Shown: positions 25,610 through 39,600 of the stretch, one piece after another
How the letters are laid out: each line of letters opens with the position of its first letter
Position numbering within the stretch: the stretch's first letter is position 1
Source of the DNA: Octopus sinensis
Lineage: Eukaryota
Reading direction: 5' to 3'
NCBI RefSeq assembly: GCF_006345805.1
Contig: NC_043004.1
Location: 9,858,001-9,922,000, forward strand
DNA length: 64,000 nt
Notes under the pieces: model-generated
Databases searched by the model: none
What the model saw: only the letters and a program-made list of their open reading frames with translations
What the model was told of the DNA's origin: nothing
Made by a program: the position numbers and the translations under genes

Positions 25610-27706
25610 ATGCTCTATCTTTGAGATTTAGTTAACATTTGGAACTTGAGAAAAGTCTTGCATATTTTTATTGTTCCACCCACAGATTGGATTTTTGATG
25701 TACGAATCAGCCGGTCAATTTCTCTTACTGAAAATCCCAGTTTATCCAGATTCTTCTTTAAGCATTCACTAACAAACCCTATTGCTCCACTTATTGTTGG
25801 TATGAATATGAATTCATAGTCTGGATATGAAGGCTGGAGGTTTCGAAGTATTTGTCCATAAATATCCTCTTTTTCTTTGATTTTCAAAGAGATATTTATA
25901 TCTGTAGGGTAGCTAAACTCTATGATGGTACATACTTTTAACTCACTGTCACAAACAACAATATCCAGCCTGTTGTGTTTACATTTGTCAGAAGTTTTGA
26001 TGGGAATATTCCACCAGTATTCCTTGAGTTGGTGTTTATGAATGTATTCCATAACAGATGGATTTTCTAAGTTTATTTCAGGACAGCCTTTCTTGCGGAT
26101 GACATTGTAAATTGTTTTAGTAACCACATCGTGCTGCATAAGGAGTTAGTACCGTGACGACATTTTAGGGCAGTTGCTAATCACATGCATAATGTCTTCC
26201 ACAGAAACATGACACACCCTACACATGCGGTTGCACCTTAGTATTATAAGAGCGCCACTGTCTCACTTGTTCACCAGATACATTGTGGCAATCTCCTGTT
26301 TTTGGAGTGCACGCGCATAGCCTTCAAAGTGTGATGTGATGTAGTGGTTTTGTGTCCAAGAGAGGCTGCTCTTCGTGTCAATTCTGCTGTCTTCTTCAAG
26401 ACTCCGGGCAACATACTCATGCATGGTCCTTTGTTTTTTTTTTGTTTGCTGAATGCTCTCCGTCCATATATACTTCTCTAAAGTAAGAGAGCCCAACTGC
26501 TTTGGGGCTGTATAGAAGATCATCAGGAAGAGTTTTTCTTGAGGTGTTCACTGCCAACTCGTACAATATTGCTCAACTCATTTTCAGGACTGCATTGATA
26601 TAATTATTTTGCTGCTCTTGTTTAGCAGGCGGTGCCTGAGTGATACCACACGGCATTCGAAGGCCGTCTGTACTGATCTCAGGCCTCTATCACATTAATT
26701 TCTTCTTAGGTAGAGCCTGTCAACATCACTGTTTCTGTGGAAGTTCCAAGTTGTTGTCAGGATTTTGCGGGTTTTGATATCTATGGTGTGGAGTATCCCA
26801 AATGTTGGGATCAGCACTGATACTGCAAATGCATTCTGGGATATTGTTTTGTTGTAAGAGGAGAGTTCCGACTGCCATATTTCCCTAAGTCTGGTGTAAT
26901 CTACTCGGATCTCTCTATCTTTATTCACGGTGCCTTCATATGATAGGTACTTGTAACATTCTTTGAATAGAATGGGGGAGATAGAGAGACCGTTGATGCA
27001 CAGGTTTGGGGTCTGTTGGACTGACTTTCCTTGTTCTACAACCAAATATGACAATTTCTTTGGGTTAAATTCCTTGCCTATATCAGCGGAAAATGTTATT
27101 AATTCCAGTTGTTTTTGTCATTGTTAACACTTTTAGCATAAATCTTCAGGTCGTCTACAAAGAAATTATGAGTTCCATTGATATTTCTTGCAGTTGAAGA
27201 TTCTAGCATGTAACCATTTGTTTTCTGTAGTTGGAACGATAATGGATTCAGTGCCAAAACGAAAAGAAGTACAGAAAGACTATCTCCCAGGAATATTCCC
27301 TTTGTAATGACTATACTATTAGAAACAATTATTCTGCTCTCAATTTTAAGGGTAAGAATAGTTGTCCATGGCTTTGTGAATCTCTCTATAACAGTAATTA
27401 AAGTAGTAGGTACCTTTGCCAGTTATAGGCACCTCAACAACCATGAATCAGGGATAGAGTCGAATGCCTTCTTATAGTCAAGCCATACTGTCACAAGGTT
27501 TCTGTGTTATTTTCTTACTTCAGACAGTCCAGCTTTGTTTATTAAAAGTTCTTCGGCACATCAGACACAATGTTGTTTGACTCACAATGGTCCTGAAGGA
27601 ATTGGTTGAGGCAACTTGTGTACAGTTTGTACATTATGTTTAAGCAAGCAATGGGCCTGTAGTTTTCTGTAGTAAGCCAATGTGGTATATCAGTCTGACC
27701 TTCCGT
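25610..27706 (-). mobile_element. Family B R4-like element with RT, CCHC and RLE, 5'-truncated and degenerate
   Basis: ENYRPIACLNIMYKLYTSCL, VWLDYKKAFDSIP, KGIFLGDSLS, FVDDLK, HFEGYARALQKQEI, HNRLDIVV..IEFSYP. Confidence 0.93.
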
Positions 27707-27809
27707 ATATATGTATGTATGTATGTGTGTATGTATGTATGTATGTATGTATGTATGTATGTATGTATGTACTACGTACGTATTTATGTATGTATGTATG
27801 TATGTATAT

Positions 27810-28785
27810 GAATAGATTTGTATGTTTTGTTTTATATATATATATACTCATGCATATATGTGTATATATAGGCATGCACATATATACTTAAATGATAAAC
27901 TTCTGGGAAGTTCTACAGATATTTACAGTTCCAGTGATGGCTTGGATCTCCAGTCTTTGAATCAGCTGTCTCCTTTCTGGTTTTCTGAAGCCTTATTTCT
28001 CAAGATTGGCTTTTAGGCAGTGTGCTACATATCCCGGGGCTCCAATGATTACAAGAACTTGTAATCTGGATACATTAACTGCAGATTTCTCAATAATTCT
28101 TATTCTTATTCGCTGATTTCGCTTTATGCTAACATCCGCTGGGCAGCTAATTCCCGCAACTGTACAGTTTCTCTTCTCTATCCCAAATTCTGATGTCAGT
28201 TCTATTCTCTTTACATTTTATCGAGGTTTTCACTGGGACATCCCATCAGTATTCCTTTTCATCATGAGTGGTTATGGCTTCTACTACACTGTGACTTCTT
28301 ATTTCTTAGTCCTAGGGGGTGGGGTTATCCTTCGAACGCATCTCATTATACAGTATCCTAACTCCAACACCATATCTCTTCGGTAGATAATACCGTGATG
28401 ACATTTTCGGGCACTGCTTAATATGTGAGTGATATCTTCGGTGTTAACTCCACAAAGTCTGCATCGGTTGTCACATGTTGTTGCTTTTCCTGCATCCCTC
28501 ACCCTTTTGTGCATCAGCTATTTGGCTGATGTATCCTGTTCCTGGAATGCAAACGCATACCCTTCAAAATGAATGCTAGTCTTCCGGCTATTGGTCCATG
28601 ATAGAATGGTTTGATGAGTAATGTTACCATCACGTCGGAGCTTTCTACTAACATATACATGCATGATCTTCTGCTCATATTTGCTCATCCTTTCATCTAA
28701 TGACACGTTGCGTAGAGTCGTGCGACTTCTGTGGACATGTATTTGAGTTTATCAGACAAGGAATATTTCTCAAGGGTGTAAGGGT
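27810..28785 (-). mobile_element. Family B R4-like 3' fragment
   Basis: HFEGYAFAFQEQ, CDNRCRLCGVNTEDITHI; 3'UTR like 22140-22200; (TATG)n on both sides. Confidence 0.85.
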
Positions 28786-29159
28786 GTATGTATGTATGTA
28801 TGTATGTATGTATGTATGTATGTATGTATGTATGTATGTATGTATGTATGTATATCACTTTATCTTATATTAAACTTTTTAATACGTTTTGATAGTTATA
28901 TTTATAAAAAATATATATATAAATAGTAATAATAATTAAAATAAAATAATAAAATATATATATATATACATATATAAAAAAATTTATGAGTATAAATAAA
29001 TAAATAAATAATTTTAAAAATTCTAACTTTAAATTTAAATAATTTAAATTTTGAATTTTTATTTTATATATTTTGTATATGTATATTAATTAATTTTATT
29101 TCTATGTATTGGTTTATGTTTTTCACTGTTTGATTTGCCTAATAGCGGTTTATCTCTAA

Positions 29160-29204
<45 letters not shown>

Positions 29205-29385
29205 TTTATATATAATTTCAAAATTGAGGGAGATAAATTAATATTAATTTTAATATCAATTTCAAACAGTAGTCGAGCATTCAAAAAATCTGAGGAGTCA
29301 GAGAAAATTCAAATATATGTGTGTATATGGGCGGGCTGGCCTGCTAGTAGCCGGCAGAATGCTAGAAAAAGATCATCAACGATAT

Positions 29386-29431
<46 letters not shown>

Positions 29432-29459
29432 TATATATATACACTATATATATATATAG

Positions 29460-29491
<32 letters not shown>

Positions 29492-29692
29492 TAGTATATA
29501 TATATATATATACTATATATATATATATATATATAATATATATATATACATAATAGTCTCCCGCCTCCCTTTTCCCCTCACTTACCACCCCACGACCCTA
29601 CGTCTCCAACGCACCATTCTTCGAGCTTTCCGTCATCTCCAGTCCGACCCGTCCCCTTCACACCTCTTCCCTAACTGACCCCTCCCCTCTTT

Positions 29693-29792
29693 NNNNNNNN
29701 NNNNNNNNNNNNNNNNNNNNNNNNNNNNNNNNNNNNNNNNNNNNNNNNNNNNNNNNNNNNNNNNNNNNNNNNNNNNNNNNNNNNNNNNNNNN
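29693..29792. other. Assembly gap (100 N)
   Basis: Run of N. Confidence 0.99.
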
Positions 29793-30036
29793 AGAGGACG
29801 TAAACAAGCCAACACCGGATGTCAGGACGCGTTCAGGGCACAAACACAGAGACAAAGTGCACAAACATGTTTAGATATATATGACGGGCTCCCACACAGT
29901 TTCAGTCGACCAAATTCACTCGCAAGGCATTGATCGACCCAGGCCTACAGTTGAATGTGCTGTTCGGTGGGACTGAACCTTTAGCTACGTGCAAAAGAGA
30001 GCTTCTTAGCCACACAGTTCACTTGAGCCTGTATGC

Positions 30037-30089
<53 letters not shown>

Positions 30090-30526
30090 TATATATATAT
30101 ATATATCTATGTATATTATATATATGTATATGTATATATATATATGTTATATATTATATGTAATTATATATATATATATTATATATATATATATCTAATT
30201 ATATATATATATATATGAAAAGCTATTTTATGGGAAATACGCTCATACATACATATCTGCCGTATAAGCGGGTACATATACACACGCACACATACTCTTT
30301 CTCTCACACACACACGGAGGCACATGCACGCACACAGACACATATACTCACACACACACATATGTCTTCCTTGGGATTTCATTTCCTAATGGAGCCGAAG
30401 GGGGGGGGGGGGCTTCGTCGTGACATACGGCGACATCTTTGGAATTTAAATTTGGCGGAATCTATCTCTCACCAGGTCTAAACCATTGCCGATTACTGAC
30501 TAATTTGCTAATTTGCCTTTCATATA

Positions 30527-30730
30527 CGAAGGCATAGTGAAAAGTTCCTCGCTTTAAGGGTGTAACGAAAAGCCTGGTTGGAGGCCCAACCTTCCGAGTT
30601 TTTTTATAGGGCTTAGAAAAACTGAAGGACCGCTGCAATAAGTGTGTGAATCTGAGAATAAAATCATAATTAACTGATTCCTCTGTATTTTCTTTTACCC
30701 AAAGCCAGGAGCTTTTCAGCGCTCCCTCAT
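30527..30730 (+). mobile_element. Mariner-derived MITE
   Basis: Ends ta-cgaagg..gaaaagttcct and gagcttttcagcgctccctc; internal FFYRGLEKLKDRCNKCVNL resembles a mariner transposase C-terminus. Confidence 0.7.
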
Positions 30731-30764
30731 TTATATTTTATCTTTTTTTTTTTAATTGCTTCAG

Positions 30765-30955
30765 TTATAGGACTGCGACCTTGCTGGGGCACCGTCTTGA
30801 AGAGTTTGGTTGAACAAATCAGTCCCAGTAGTACTGTTATTTAAAACCTGATACTTATTCTATCGGTTTCTCTTGCCAAACCGCTAAACTGCAAAGTTAT
30901 ATGGATGTACACAAACCAATATCGGTTGTCAAGCGGTGATCGAGAACAAACACAA
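30765..30955 (+). mobile_element. SINE-like repeat with (CA)n tail (third family)
   Basis: gactgcgaccttgctggggcaccg..tacttattctatcgg..ccgctaa..atcggttgtcaagcg; related copy at 48598-48830. Confidence 0.65.
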
Positions 30956-30956
30956 A

Positions 30957-31011
<55 letters not shown>

Positions 31012-31242
31012 CGTGCATGCGACGGGCATCTTTCATATTCCTTCAACCTCTCACAAGGCTTTGGTCTGCCCAGCTGAAGACACTTGCCCATGGTGCCTTG
31101 CAATGGGACTGAACCCGGAGCCGTGTGTTTGAGAAACAAACTTCTTAGCACGCATGTATATTTATGTATGTTTGTGTATATATACATATGTATGAATGTA
31201 AATATAGGTGTACATGTATGTACACACACACATACATATGCA

Positions 31243-31335
<93 letters not shown>

Positions 31336-32389
31336 TATACATACATATATACATATACATATATAAATACATATATACATACAATACACACATATTTATA
31401 TGAGAAAGAAAGAGAAGAAACTATACACATATTTTCTCCCCATCGCTATTTATAACAGATAGGTGATTAAGAATTAAAAGATTCATTCTTAGTAGGCAAG
31501 TTTTGTACTGAAATATTCCATAGGATGTCATAAATAGGACAAAGTCTTTACTTTTTACACCTAGGTGACCACCCCAACTGTGCTGTGTGTGGTACCATTG
31601 TTGTCACTAGCGATGGAGTTAGTAGCGTTAACTGTGCTGAGGGCGTGGTAGCTATTGTCCATGGTGAAGGTAGTAGTGATGTTGGCATTTGTATGCAGTG
31701 TAGGTAAAAAGGCTAGGAAGCACGATCCGACCAGAGGTCAGGCAAGAGTGAAACAACGCATATAAACACGCCTCGGTTCCATATGATGAAACAAAAGCGT
31801 ACCGAACAGCAACGTGATGAAAGTAGATGAAACAACAGCCACAGCAATAACAACTACTGCTACAATAAAGATTCCTTTATGGCAATAATAGCATAAAAAA
31901 AACAACCAAATTATCAACCACACTTTTAATAAAATCCCGCCCCGATCAAAAGAGCGGAACAAAACCGAGAAAACAAGTACAAAATATTTTAATCGCCTAA
32001 CATAAAGGTCGAACCATTCAACCTTGCGTGACAAAGAGTCTTTTTGGTAACGAATAGACTGTCTGCAGTTGCCAAATAGCTGTCATTGTAAAATTGGTCA
32101 GATTTTCTCAGGAAGGAGTGATTTTTCTCACTTCAGTGTTATTTTATAGAACAGGCTTCATTTCCTACACCCTTCAGCCGAGTTGACATATAATATGAAT
32201 GAAGACAGACATATCCACTTTAACAGATATGCAGAAATGTACTACTGCCGCCATTTTGTGTCGTCTGTCCATGTCGTGTCGGTTAGTTATGTTTGTCAGA
32301 AACGTTTTAAACATTTTCTTTACACGTTTAAATATTTACTTTGGAATCATTTTCAGTTTTTTTTTATGTTGTTACTCTTATTCATACAC

Positions 32390-32475
<86 letters not shown>

Positions 32476-32639
32476 ACAGTGATACACGTACGCATATTCA
32501 TTTCCATATATACATGTGTGTGTGTATGTGTGTGTACACATACTCGCACACACACACATATGTATATACAAACATATATAAATATACATATACTTGTTTC
32601 ATATATAAATACACATATGTGCGTGTATATATATATACA

Positions 32640-32683
<44 letters not shown>

Positions 32684-32705
32684 GTGTATATATATATGTA
32701 TATAT

Positions 32706-32768
<63 letters not shown>

Positions 32769-33869
32769 ATATGTATATATACGTGCGCATACATATGATA
32801 TAAACATCTGTATGAGAATGCATTGTTTTCAAATTGCTGCCGGATGCATTTGTAATATTTATATGAAGTGAGAATTCCTAAACTGAGTATCCGGTGGGAT
32901 GTAACGTAGGTTCCATTTTCGCCAGATACTTTGGGAATTCTCTTTCATACACTAGATATGCTTTCACACGTTGCTTAATTTTTTAAAATGTTCTCACCCC
33001 AAGATTTCTCTGTTGATTTCCAGATTAGTATACATATTAAATTTATTGTACACACAAACATACGCTTACACATACATTCCTGTAAGAATGGCTATGTTCC
33101 ACTACGTGGAGCATAACATGAACATTACTCTTGAAATTTCAAATGAAGTGAAGCAGATTTCGGAAGCTGTCTTATTTTTTAGAAGCGCTTAAGGGCTCTC
33201 TCGATCACAAGGGACACAACTGTCATAGATCAGTTCTTGGTCGTGATGTCTGTCATATAATATAATCAAGATGCATAGCTCCGCTTTCTGTTGTAGGAAA
33301 GGTCAGTCGATTGATGGATTGAATGATATATTTTATAAGTCGTCTGCTTTCTCAGGAGATGGGCTTTCACAAATAGATCATGTTTAGTTTGGTTTGGCAT
33401 GTGATTCAGGTCCTGTAAATCTGCGATTTTCTCGATTTATTTCTGTTGATGTTTCCTGTATGCACCCTTCTTTGGGCTGTCTTTGTATTCACTTATTCCT
33501 GAATCTGTGGGCTGCCTTTTTTTTATGGAAAGTTTTACCCACATAGGAAGACTGACATCACAAGGAAACAGAAACATTATTCTGGCAAATCGTAAGTGGA
33601 TTAAAAATGAAAGTAAGCTTGAGAAAGCAGGATCGTTGTAAGTTGTGTAAGCAACGATCTGAAAGTTTAAAACATTGAATAGTCATTTACTTTTTATTTT
33701 ATGTAGTCTTCGGCCAGTCCTGATTGAGCTGACTTATGATAAAAATCGTTACAACCGTGACCATTCATTTTTTTTTAGACGTAGTATATCTAAGATGGTT
33801 CCACCATGTTTCCAACAAAGAACTCCATGCGCGCACGCATCAGCCCGCAGCCTCCCACCTCATAACTAT

Positions 33870-34130
33870 CCGCCATAACTATCATAACTATCCGCAATAG
33901 TACGGACATGTCTTCCAACCTCCAGTCATATCATCCTACCAGAGCTTTACTCTCATTCGACACAGCAGCTGCGTCCAATGGCAGGTCCCGTGGCAGACCC
34001 CATGGCAGGCCCCGTGGAAAGCCCCGAAGTAGGCCCCGCATCGATAGTAGACTGGTCGGCTCTATGCACGATGACGCCTCTGGGAGCAAGAGTATGAAGC
34101 AAGCAAGAAGTGTATCCAAGAATTTATTGT
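33870..34130 (+). mobile_element. RTE-type LINE C-terminal relic
   Basis: (W>*)YGHV followed, with a frameshift, by YHPTRALLSFD..RSRGRP. Confidence 0.55.
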
Positions 34131-35067
34131 CCAAGTTAACTTTCATTTTTTTGAGACAGTATTATGCAATTTGAGGAAAATTCGGCTTTATTTCAAGCAA
34201 ATTGAGCGACAGCCCAGAAGCTCTCTTGTTGGTATATGTCGGATTTACTATTAGTGAAAGGTATTTATTGAGATGTTCATCGGAAGGTTGACTGCCTTCT
34301 TGTTGCTAAGTGAATGAATAACAGTCGGTTGGTTATCTGTCTATTGGCCACAGGCCACTAGTTGGGATGACAGCTCAGCTGGCCAACAGAGACTTGTCTG
34401 CTGACAGTTTTAAGTATCAACTGCAACTATGCTGACAAACGAGGTTTTGCTTCACTTTACATAACAAATGAGACTACCTGAGTGTATGTGTGCAAGCGTC
34501 CGTGTGAAGGATTTTTGCAGGTTACTGGAAAGTAAATTGTTCCGAGAGATTTTGTCCTTTTAGTAAGATACTATTAAAAGAACATTTTCATTCCTTTTAT
34601 TCAAAAGACAAATGGGTCTTGCCAAAAGCTTGAGTGTTTTGTTTTTCAAATTGTTTTTTATTTTCAAAGTAGGTTTTGCTGAGTTCAGGAATATGTGTGA
34701 AAAACTTGGCACTAATAGGTTTTTGTTGAATTTATTCATTGTCTTCGCAGAACATTGCATTAATGGGTTTGCTAAATTTAGATTTGACTTTGTCAACACA
34801 TGAATTATATAGATAAAAAGCAATTGAATTTAAAAACAACAACAACAATCAGGAATTTTGTGAAAGAAAAATGAAAATTAAAAATAACAAACATAACAAA
34901 CACTATAGTCTTCTGAATTCGAACACATTTGTTTTAGAGAATAAGGAGAAGAATAAAAATGAACTATGCCAGGAAAACACCGAAGATTCTTACACATGAA
35001 TCAAAATTAGAAAACCAAAACGAACAGTTGTATCAGATAAATTATATAACAATAACCAATATTATAT

Positions 35068-35591
35068 ACATATACATAAAACTGTAGTTGTGTGAGTGTC
35101 TGTCCCCTTCGATTTAGATTCCTAACTACTCCCACATTTTGCGGTGCAGTTTAACCAAATTCGGGTATCTTATAGTCGTAATTCATATCGAGCCCGTCTG
35201 GCTATTAGCGCGCGTCTACGATGAGTCTACGATTTTGAAAATAATTTAACATCATTTTTTATTCCATTTTAATGCATAATTTTTCGTGTGTCGATGGCGG
35301 CGGAGTTGGCGGCGGAGTTGGCGTCCATGGTCACACCTGCACCTGTTTGCTTCTCCCCCTTCTTCCCTCCCTCGTGAAGCTGTGGGGAAGGGAGTGTAAG
35401 GAAATCAACGTCGTAAAGCGTTGTCAAGGAGACCAGCGTTCTTTTAGAACAACGACTTCATGGCTTGAAGACACCAAAACAGAAATGGCTAAGAAAGCCC
35501 GAATTGGCATCTATAAGGGAAGTAACTCTCTAAAAATGCTTATATAGTTATTTCCCTTACAAACCCGAGCAACGCCGGGCGAAACTGCTAG
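35068..35591 (+). mobile_element. Non-autonomous Helitron
   Basis: 3' end cccgagcaacgccggg hairpin followed by CTAG|T; 5' part nearly identical to 63778-64000, which starts TC-TATATATATAAA. Confidence 0.85.
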
Positions 35592-36140
35592 TACATATAT
35601 AAAAAGAAAATTATACTTGTAGTTAAAATATGAAATAGTTTCTTTGCGTTCTGAATTGAGGTACAGGTTTAAAAAAAAATGAGATGTTATACAAAAAAAA
35701 AAAAGAAAAAGAAATGACTGTTTCATTTTTGTATTTGGTTTGCAAGTTTCTTGATGTAAACACGTATGCAGAAAAAGATTTAGATGTATATCAGGACCGT
35801 CATTATGCCAATAATAGGCACACGTGCTGGTTCTGTTTCATTTCTTTTACTATTATTAGCCAGATGGTTAATCATTTAACCAGTTAACACATAGACTGTT
35901 TGATTATACAATCAGTCACTTAGGCTTGTTAAAGTTCTTTCGTCGCCATTTGTGGCCTCATCAATGATATGCTTTCTCTAGGTCTTTCAAATCGGGTGTC
36001 ACTTGCTGAGGCACCCTATATATATAGCTATATGCATAAATATATGTACATTCATGTATTTGTGCATAGGCGTATATAATATATACAATATATGGCTATT
36101 TCATTAGCATCTCCGCAACGTTTTAATTATTATCCTGATT

Positions 36141-36355
36141 AAGGCGGCGAGATGGCAGAAACGTTAGCACGCCAGGCGAAATGCTTAGCGGTATTTTGTC
36201 TACCGCTACGTTCTGAGTTCAAATTCCGCCGAGGTCGACTTTGCCTTTCATCCTTTCGGGGTCGATAAATTAAGTACCAGTTACGTACTGGGGTCGATCT
36301 AACCGACTGGCCTCTCGCCCCAGATTTTGGCCCTTGTGCCGAGAGTAGAAAAGAA
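36141..36355 (+). mobile_element. Monomeric tRNA-derived SINE (same family as the trimers)
   Basis: Head-core-tailB. Further full or partial copies near 40757-40952, 46870-47030, 48250-48433, 48465-48585, 48880-49020 and 53524-53725. Confidence 0.92.
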
Positions 36356-37953
36356 TTATTAATTTATTTAGAATTTATGCAAGCATTGTTAAAAATACAT
36401 TTTGTTCCTTCTTCGATTCTAGGGCCTCATGAAAGTGAAAGTATTTACCCTGTAAAAAAAGTGAAAGTAATTTCCCACACAGTGAAAATATAAAAGAACG
36501 GAAAGGAATTCTTGGACTGTAAAGTGGTAGTTACACGCTTTAATACATGCTGTGTGATGATACCGTTATTGAATTCGGATCTGATAACTATTTTAAGTCA
36601 GTTCCTAATTAGCCTCAGTCAAGCATGACTATTAACAACTCAAGCATATCGAATGTTAATGAAAGAACGTTACAACGATTAACAGCGAATATTCGCGATA
36701 CGATTACGCATTTGACTTTGTCCTGGTTGTGCTAAGGATATAATGCACTGTAAATGGGTAACTATGGAGTAGTACCGAAAGAGTTTGCCACAAGGATCTG
36801 TCATTGCGAAACATTTTCCCAACTATTTCGTGCGACGTGTTATCCCCTAATGGTTGCAGTTATTACAAGAAACATAATTATTCTTTTGTAATATTTGGTG
36901 GGATTAGAAATTTGAATTTGAAATCAAGGAATTATAAGGGAAAGGTTGCATAGAATTCATATATTTATTTATTTATTTATATATTTATTCATTTGTTTAC
37001 TTATTAGGAAGTTCTTAAAATTTATTAGTCGGTGGTAATCATATATATAGCATTATTTCATTCTTTTTGGAAACCGTCAATATGGCAGAACCTGAGATGT
37101 ATAAATCAAACATTTTTATGAAGCGAAACATTTCTTATTGACTGAAAATAATTACAGCCCGGAAGGAATTCAGGGAACTTGTGTTATTCTTATTTTCTAT
37201 TTCGTAGAGCATCAGTGGAATAGTAGACGAATTCATGTATTACTTGGGTATGTGGAATATAAATATTAAAATAATATGCTCATAAAAAACGCGTTTAATC
37301 TTTGACCTGGAAAACACCTACTTCTGACAAGATAAATGCTTTCAATTCCATACGTTTCTGGAAACGAAGCTCAAACACTCTTTTAAGGAAAACAAGTTGT
37401 TAAGAATATATTAAGAGGTTATTAAGAAAGACAAATAATTACAAATAGTAATAACAAAAAAAAAAAGAAAAAAAGAAAGAAAAAACACGATTGCAACGTA
37501 TGTCATAACTTTCCTTTTAATAATTCTTCAGTCATGACGATGACGGTGACGAGTATCACCTCCCACTACAACTACTGTCACCGCAAAAATGTCTACCATT
37601 TCAACGGCTACTGATCTGTTTATACACGTTCGCTTCAGAAAACGAAAACGTTAAAATTGAAGGGAGATAACTTCGATTTGCTTGTCATGAAGTAGCTTTA
37701 GGCTTCAGAACGAAATGGCCAGTTCCCACTTTAGGAATCGTTTGCAATACAAAAAACAAAACAAAAATAAAAGAAAGAATAGCAAACAAAGAAAAAAGAC
37801 AAGGTAAAAATATATAACGAAATCCCGGCAGAAATGAAGTAATAAAAAATAAAAGCAAAGGACATTAAAAATGAATGGCTCCCAAAGGAATTTTCCAATT
37901 CAAACGAAAATATATTTGTGGTATAATAATGTAAATGATATAAAAGAGAAAAT

Positions 37954-38064
<111 letters not shown>

Positions 38065-38474
38065 GCTTGTCTCTATATTTGTCTGTCTCAATGTGTGTGT
38101 AAGTGTGTGTGTATGTATGTGCGAGGGGGTATGTTTATATACATATGCCTATACATACCTGTATACCTTTAGATTATGTACGTGTATGTTTGTATCATAT
38201 ATAAAATAAAAAGGCATACATGATGTATACATATGTGTTATATATACAAATGCATATCTTTATAGTATATATATATAGATATATTTATATAAAGGGCTTA
38301 GTAAAAAAAATTACTTTGCCGTATACTGAACTCGTTAGAAATAGCAGCTAAAAAAAATTTATAAAAAACTATTTCTAACACTAAAGAAAAACCTCTCTCA
38401 TTATAGTGTTTGCTCAATCTCACTCAAGGAAGTATGGGGGTAGAGACATTAAAAAATCAAATGCAAAGGTTATT

Positions 38475-38527
38475 TGAGTACGTACGTTTCAAGATTAGTC
38501 AAAATCGACCCTTCTCTCATCAGCTCA
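38475..38527 (-). ncRNA. Minimal type I hammerhead ribozyme, unit 1
   Basis: TGAG CTGATGA GAGA-AG-GGTC-GATTTT-GACT-AA-TCTT GAA ACGTACGT A CTCA. Canonical core, 8-nt palindromic stem III, GUA triplet at 38479. Confidence 0.8.
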
Positions 38528-39035
38528 GAATGCCCTTGTTTGAATCTGAAAACACTGAAAATGGGAGCATACCCTTTCGGCTTGTTATCGCTTCTGAAGA
38601 TCTGTTCCAAACTAACAGTGCCAACAAACTCAAATATGCAAGCGAAAAATTTCTGCTCTCCCCTTTCCACCAGCGTGGGTTAAAATCAGCAAACACTATG
38701 TTTTTTTCGGTTAAAATCCGAGACATTAAGTGGAGAGAGATCTTATTATATTTCAACAATTGAGGGTAAAATTATTAATTAATTAATCAATTTCACCAAG
38801 TATTCAGTATGCAAAGGGACCATTTAGGGAATTCAAATTATTACATTATATAAAAAGGGCTTAGTAAAATAAATTACTTTGCCGCATACTGAACTCGTTA
38901 GAAATAGCAGCTAAAAAAACTTTTTATTAAAACTATTTCTAACACTTAAAGAAAACCTCTCTCATATAGTGTTTGCTCAATTCAACTCAAGAAGTAGGGG
39001 GTAGAGACATTAAAAAATCAAATGCAAAGGTTATT

Positions 39036-39088
39036 TGAGTACGTACGTTTCAAGATTAGTCAAAATCGACCCTTCTCTCATCAGCTCA
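39036..39088 (-). ncRNA. Minimal type I hammerhead ribozyme, unit 2
   Basis: Identical motif; predicted cleavage at 39040, 561 nt from unit 1. Confidence 0.8.
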
Positions 39089-39600
39089 GATGCCCTGTTG
39101 AATCTGAAAACACTGAAAATGGGAGCATACCCTTTCGGCTTGTTATCGCTTCTGAAGATCTGTTCCAAACTAACAGTGCCAACAAACTCAAATATGCAAG
39201 CGAAAAAATTTATGCTCTCCCTTTCCCACCAGCGTGGGTTAAAATCAGCAAACACTATGTTTTGTTCGGTAAAATCGAGACATTAAGTGGAGAGAGATTA
39301 ATTATAATTTCAACAATTGAGGGTAAAATTATTAATTAATTAATCAATTTCACCAAGTATTCAGTATGCAAAGGGACCATTTAAGGCGAATTCAAATTAT
39401 TACATTATATAAAAGGGCTTAGTAAAATAAAATACTTTGCGCATCATACTGAACTCGTTAGAAATAGCAGCTAAAAAAACTTTTTATAAAACTATTTCTA
39501 ACACTTAAGAAAAAACCTCCTCATATAGTGTTTGCTCAATTCAACTCAAGGAAGTATGGGGGTAGGTAGAGACATTAAAAAATCAAATGCAAAGGTTATT

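Noticed and set aside
32830-33560. Possible degenerate PLE thumb/GIY-YIG relic on the minus strand
   Set aside because: Only faint motif echoes (PTDSG, YV) among many stops; not supportable by eye.
38595-38635. Plus-strand CTGAAGA plus CTGTT/AACAG hairpin as an opposite-polarity hammerhead
   Set aside because: No GAAA after the stem.
38410-39339. 105-117-aa ORFs in the 560-bp units
   Set aside because: Starts, stops and frames differ between units; no recognisable domain.
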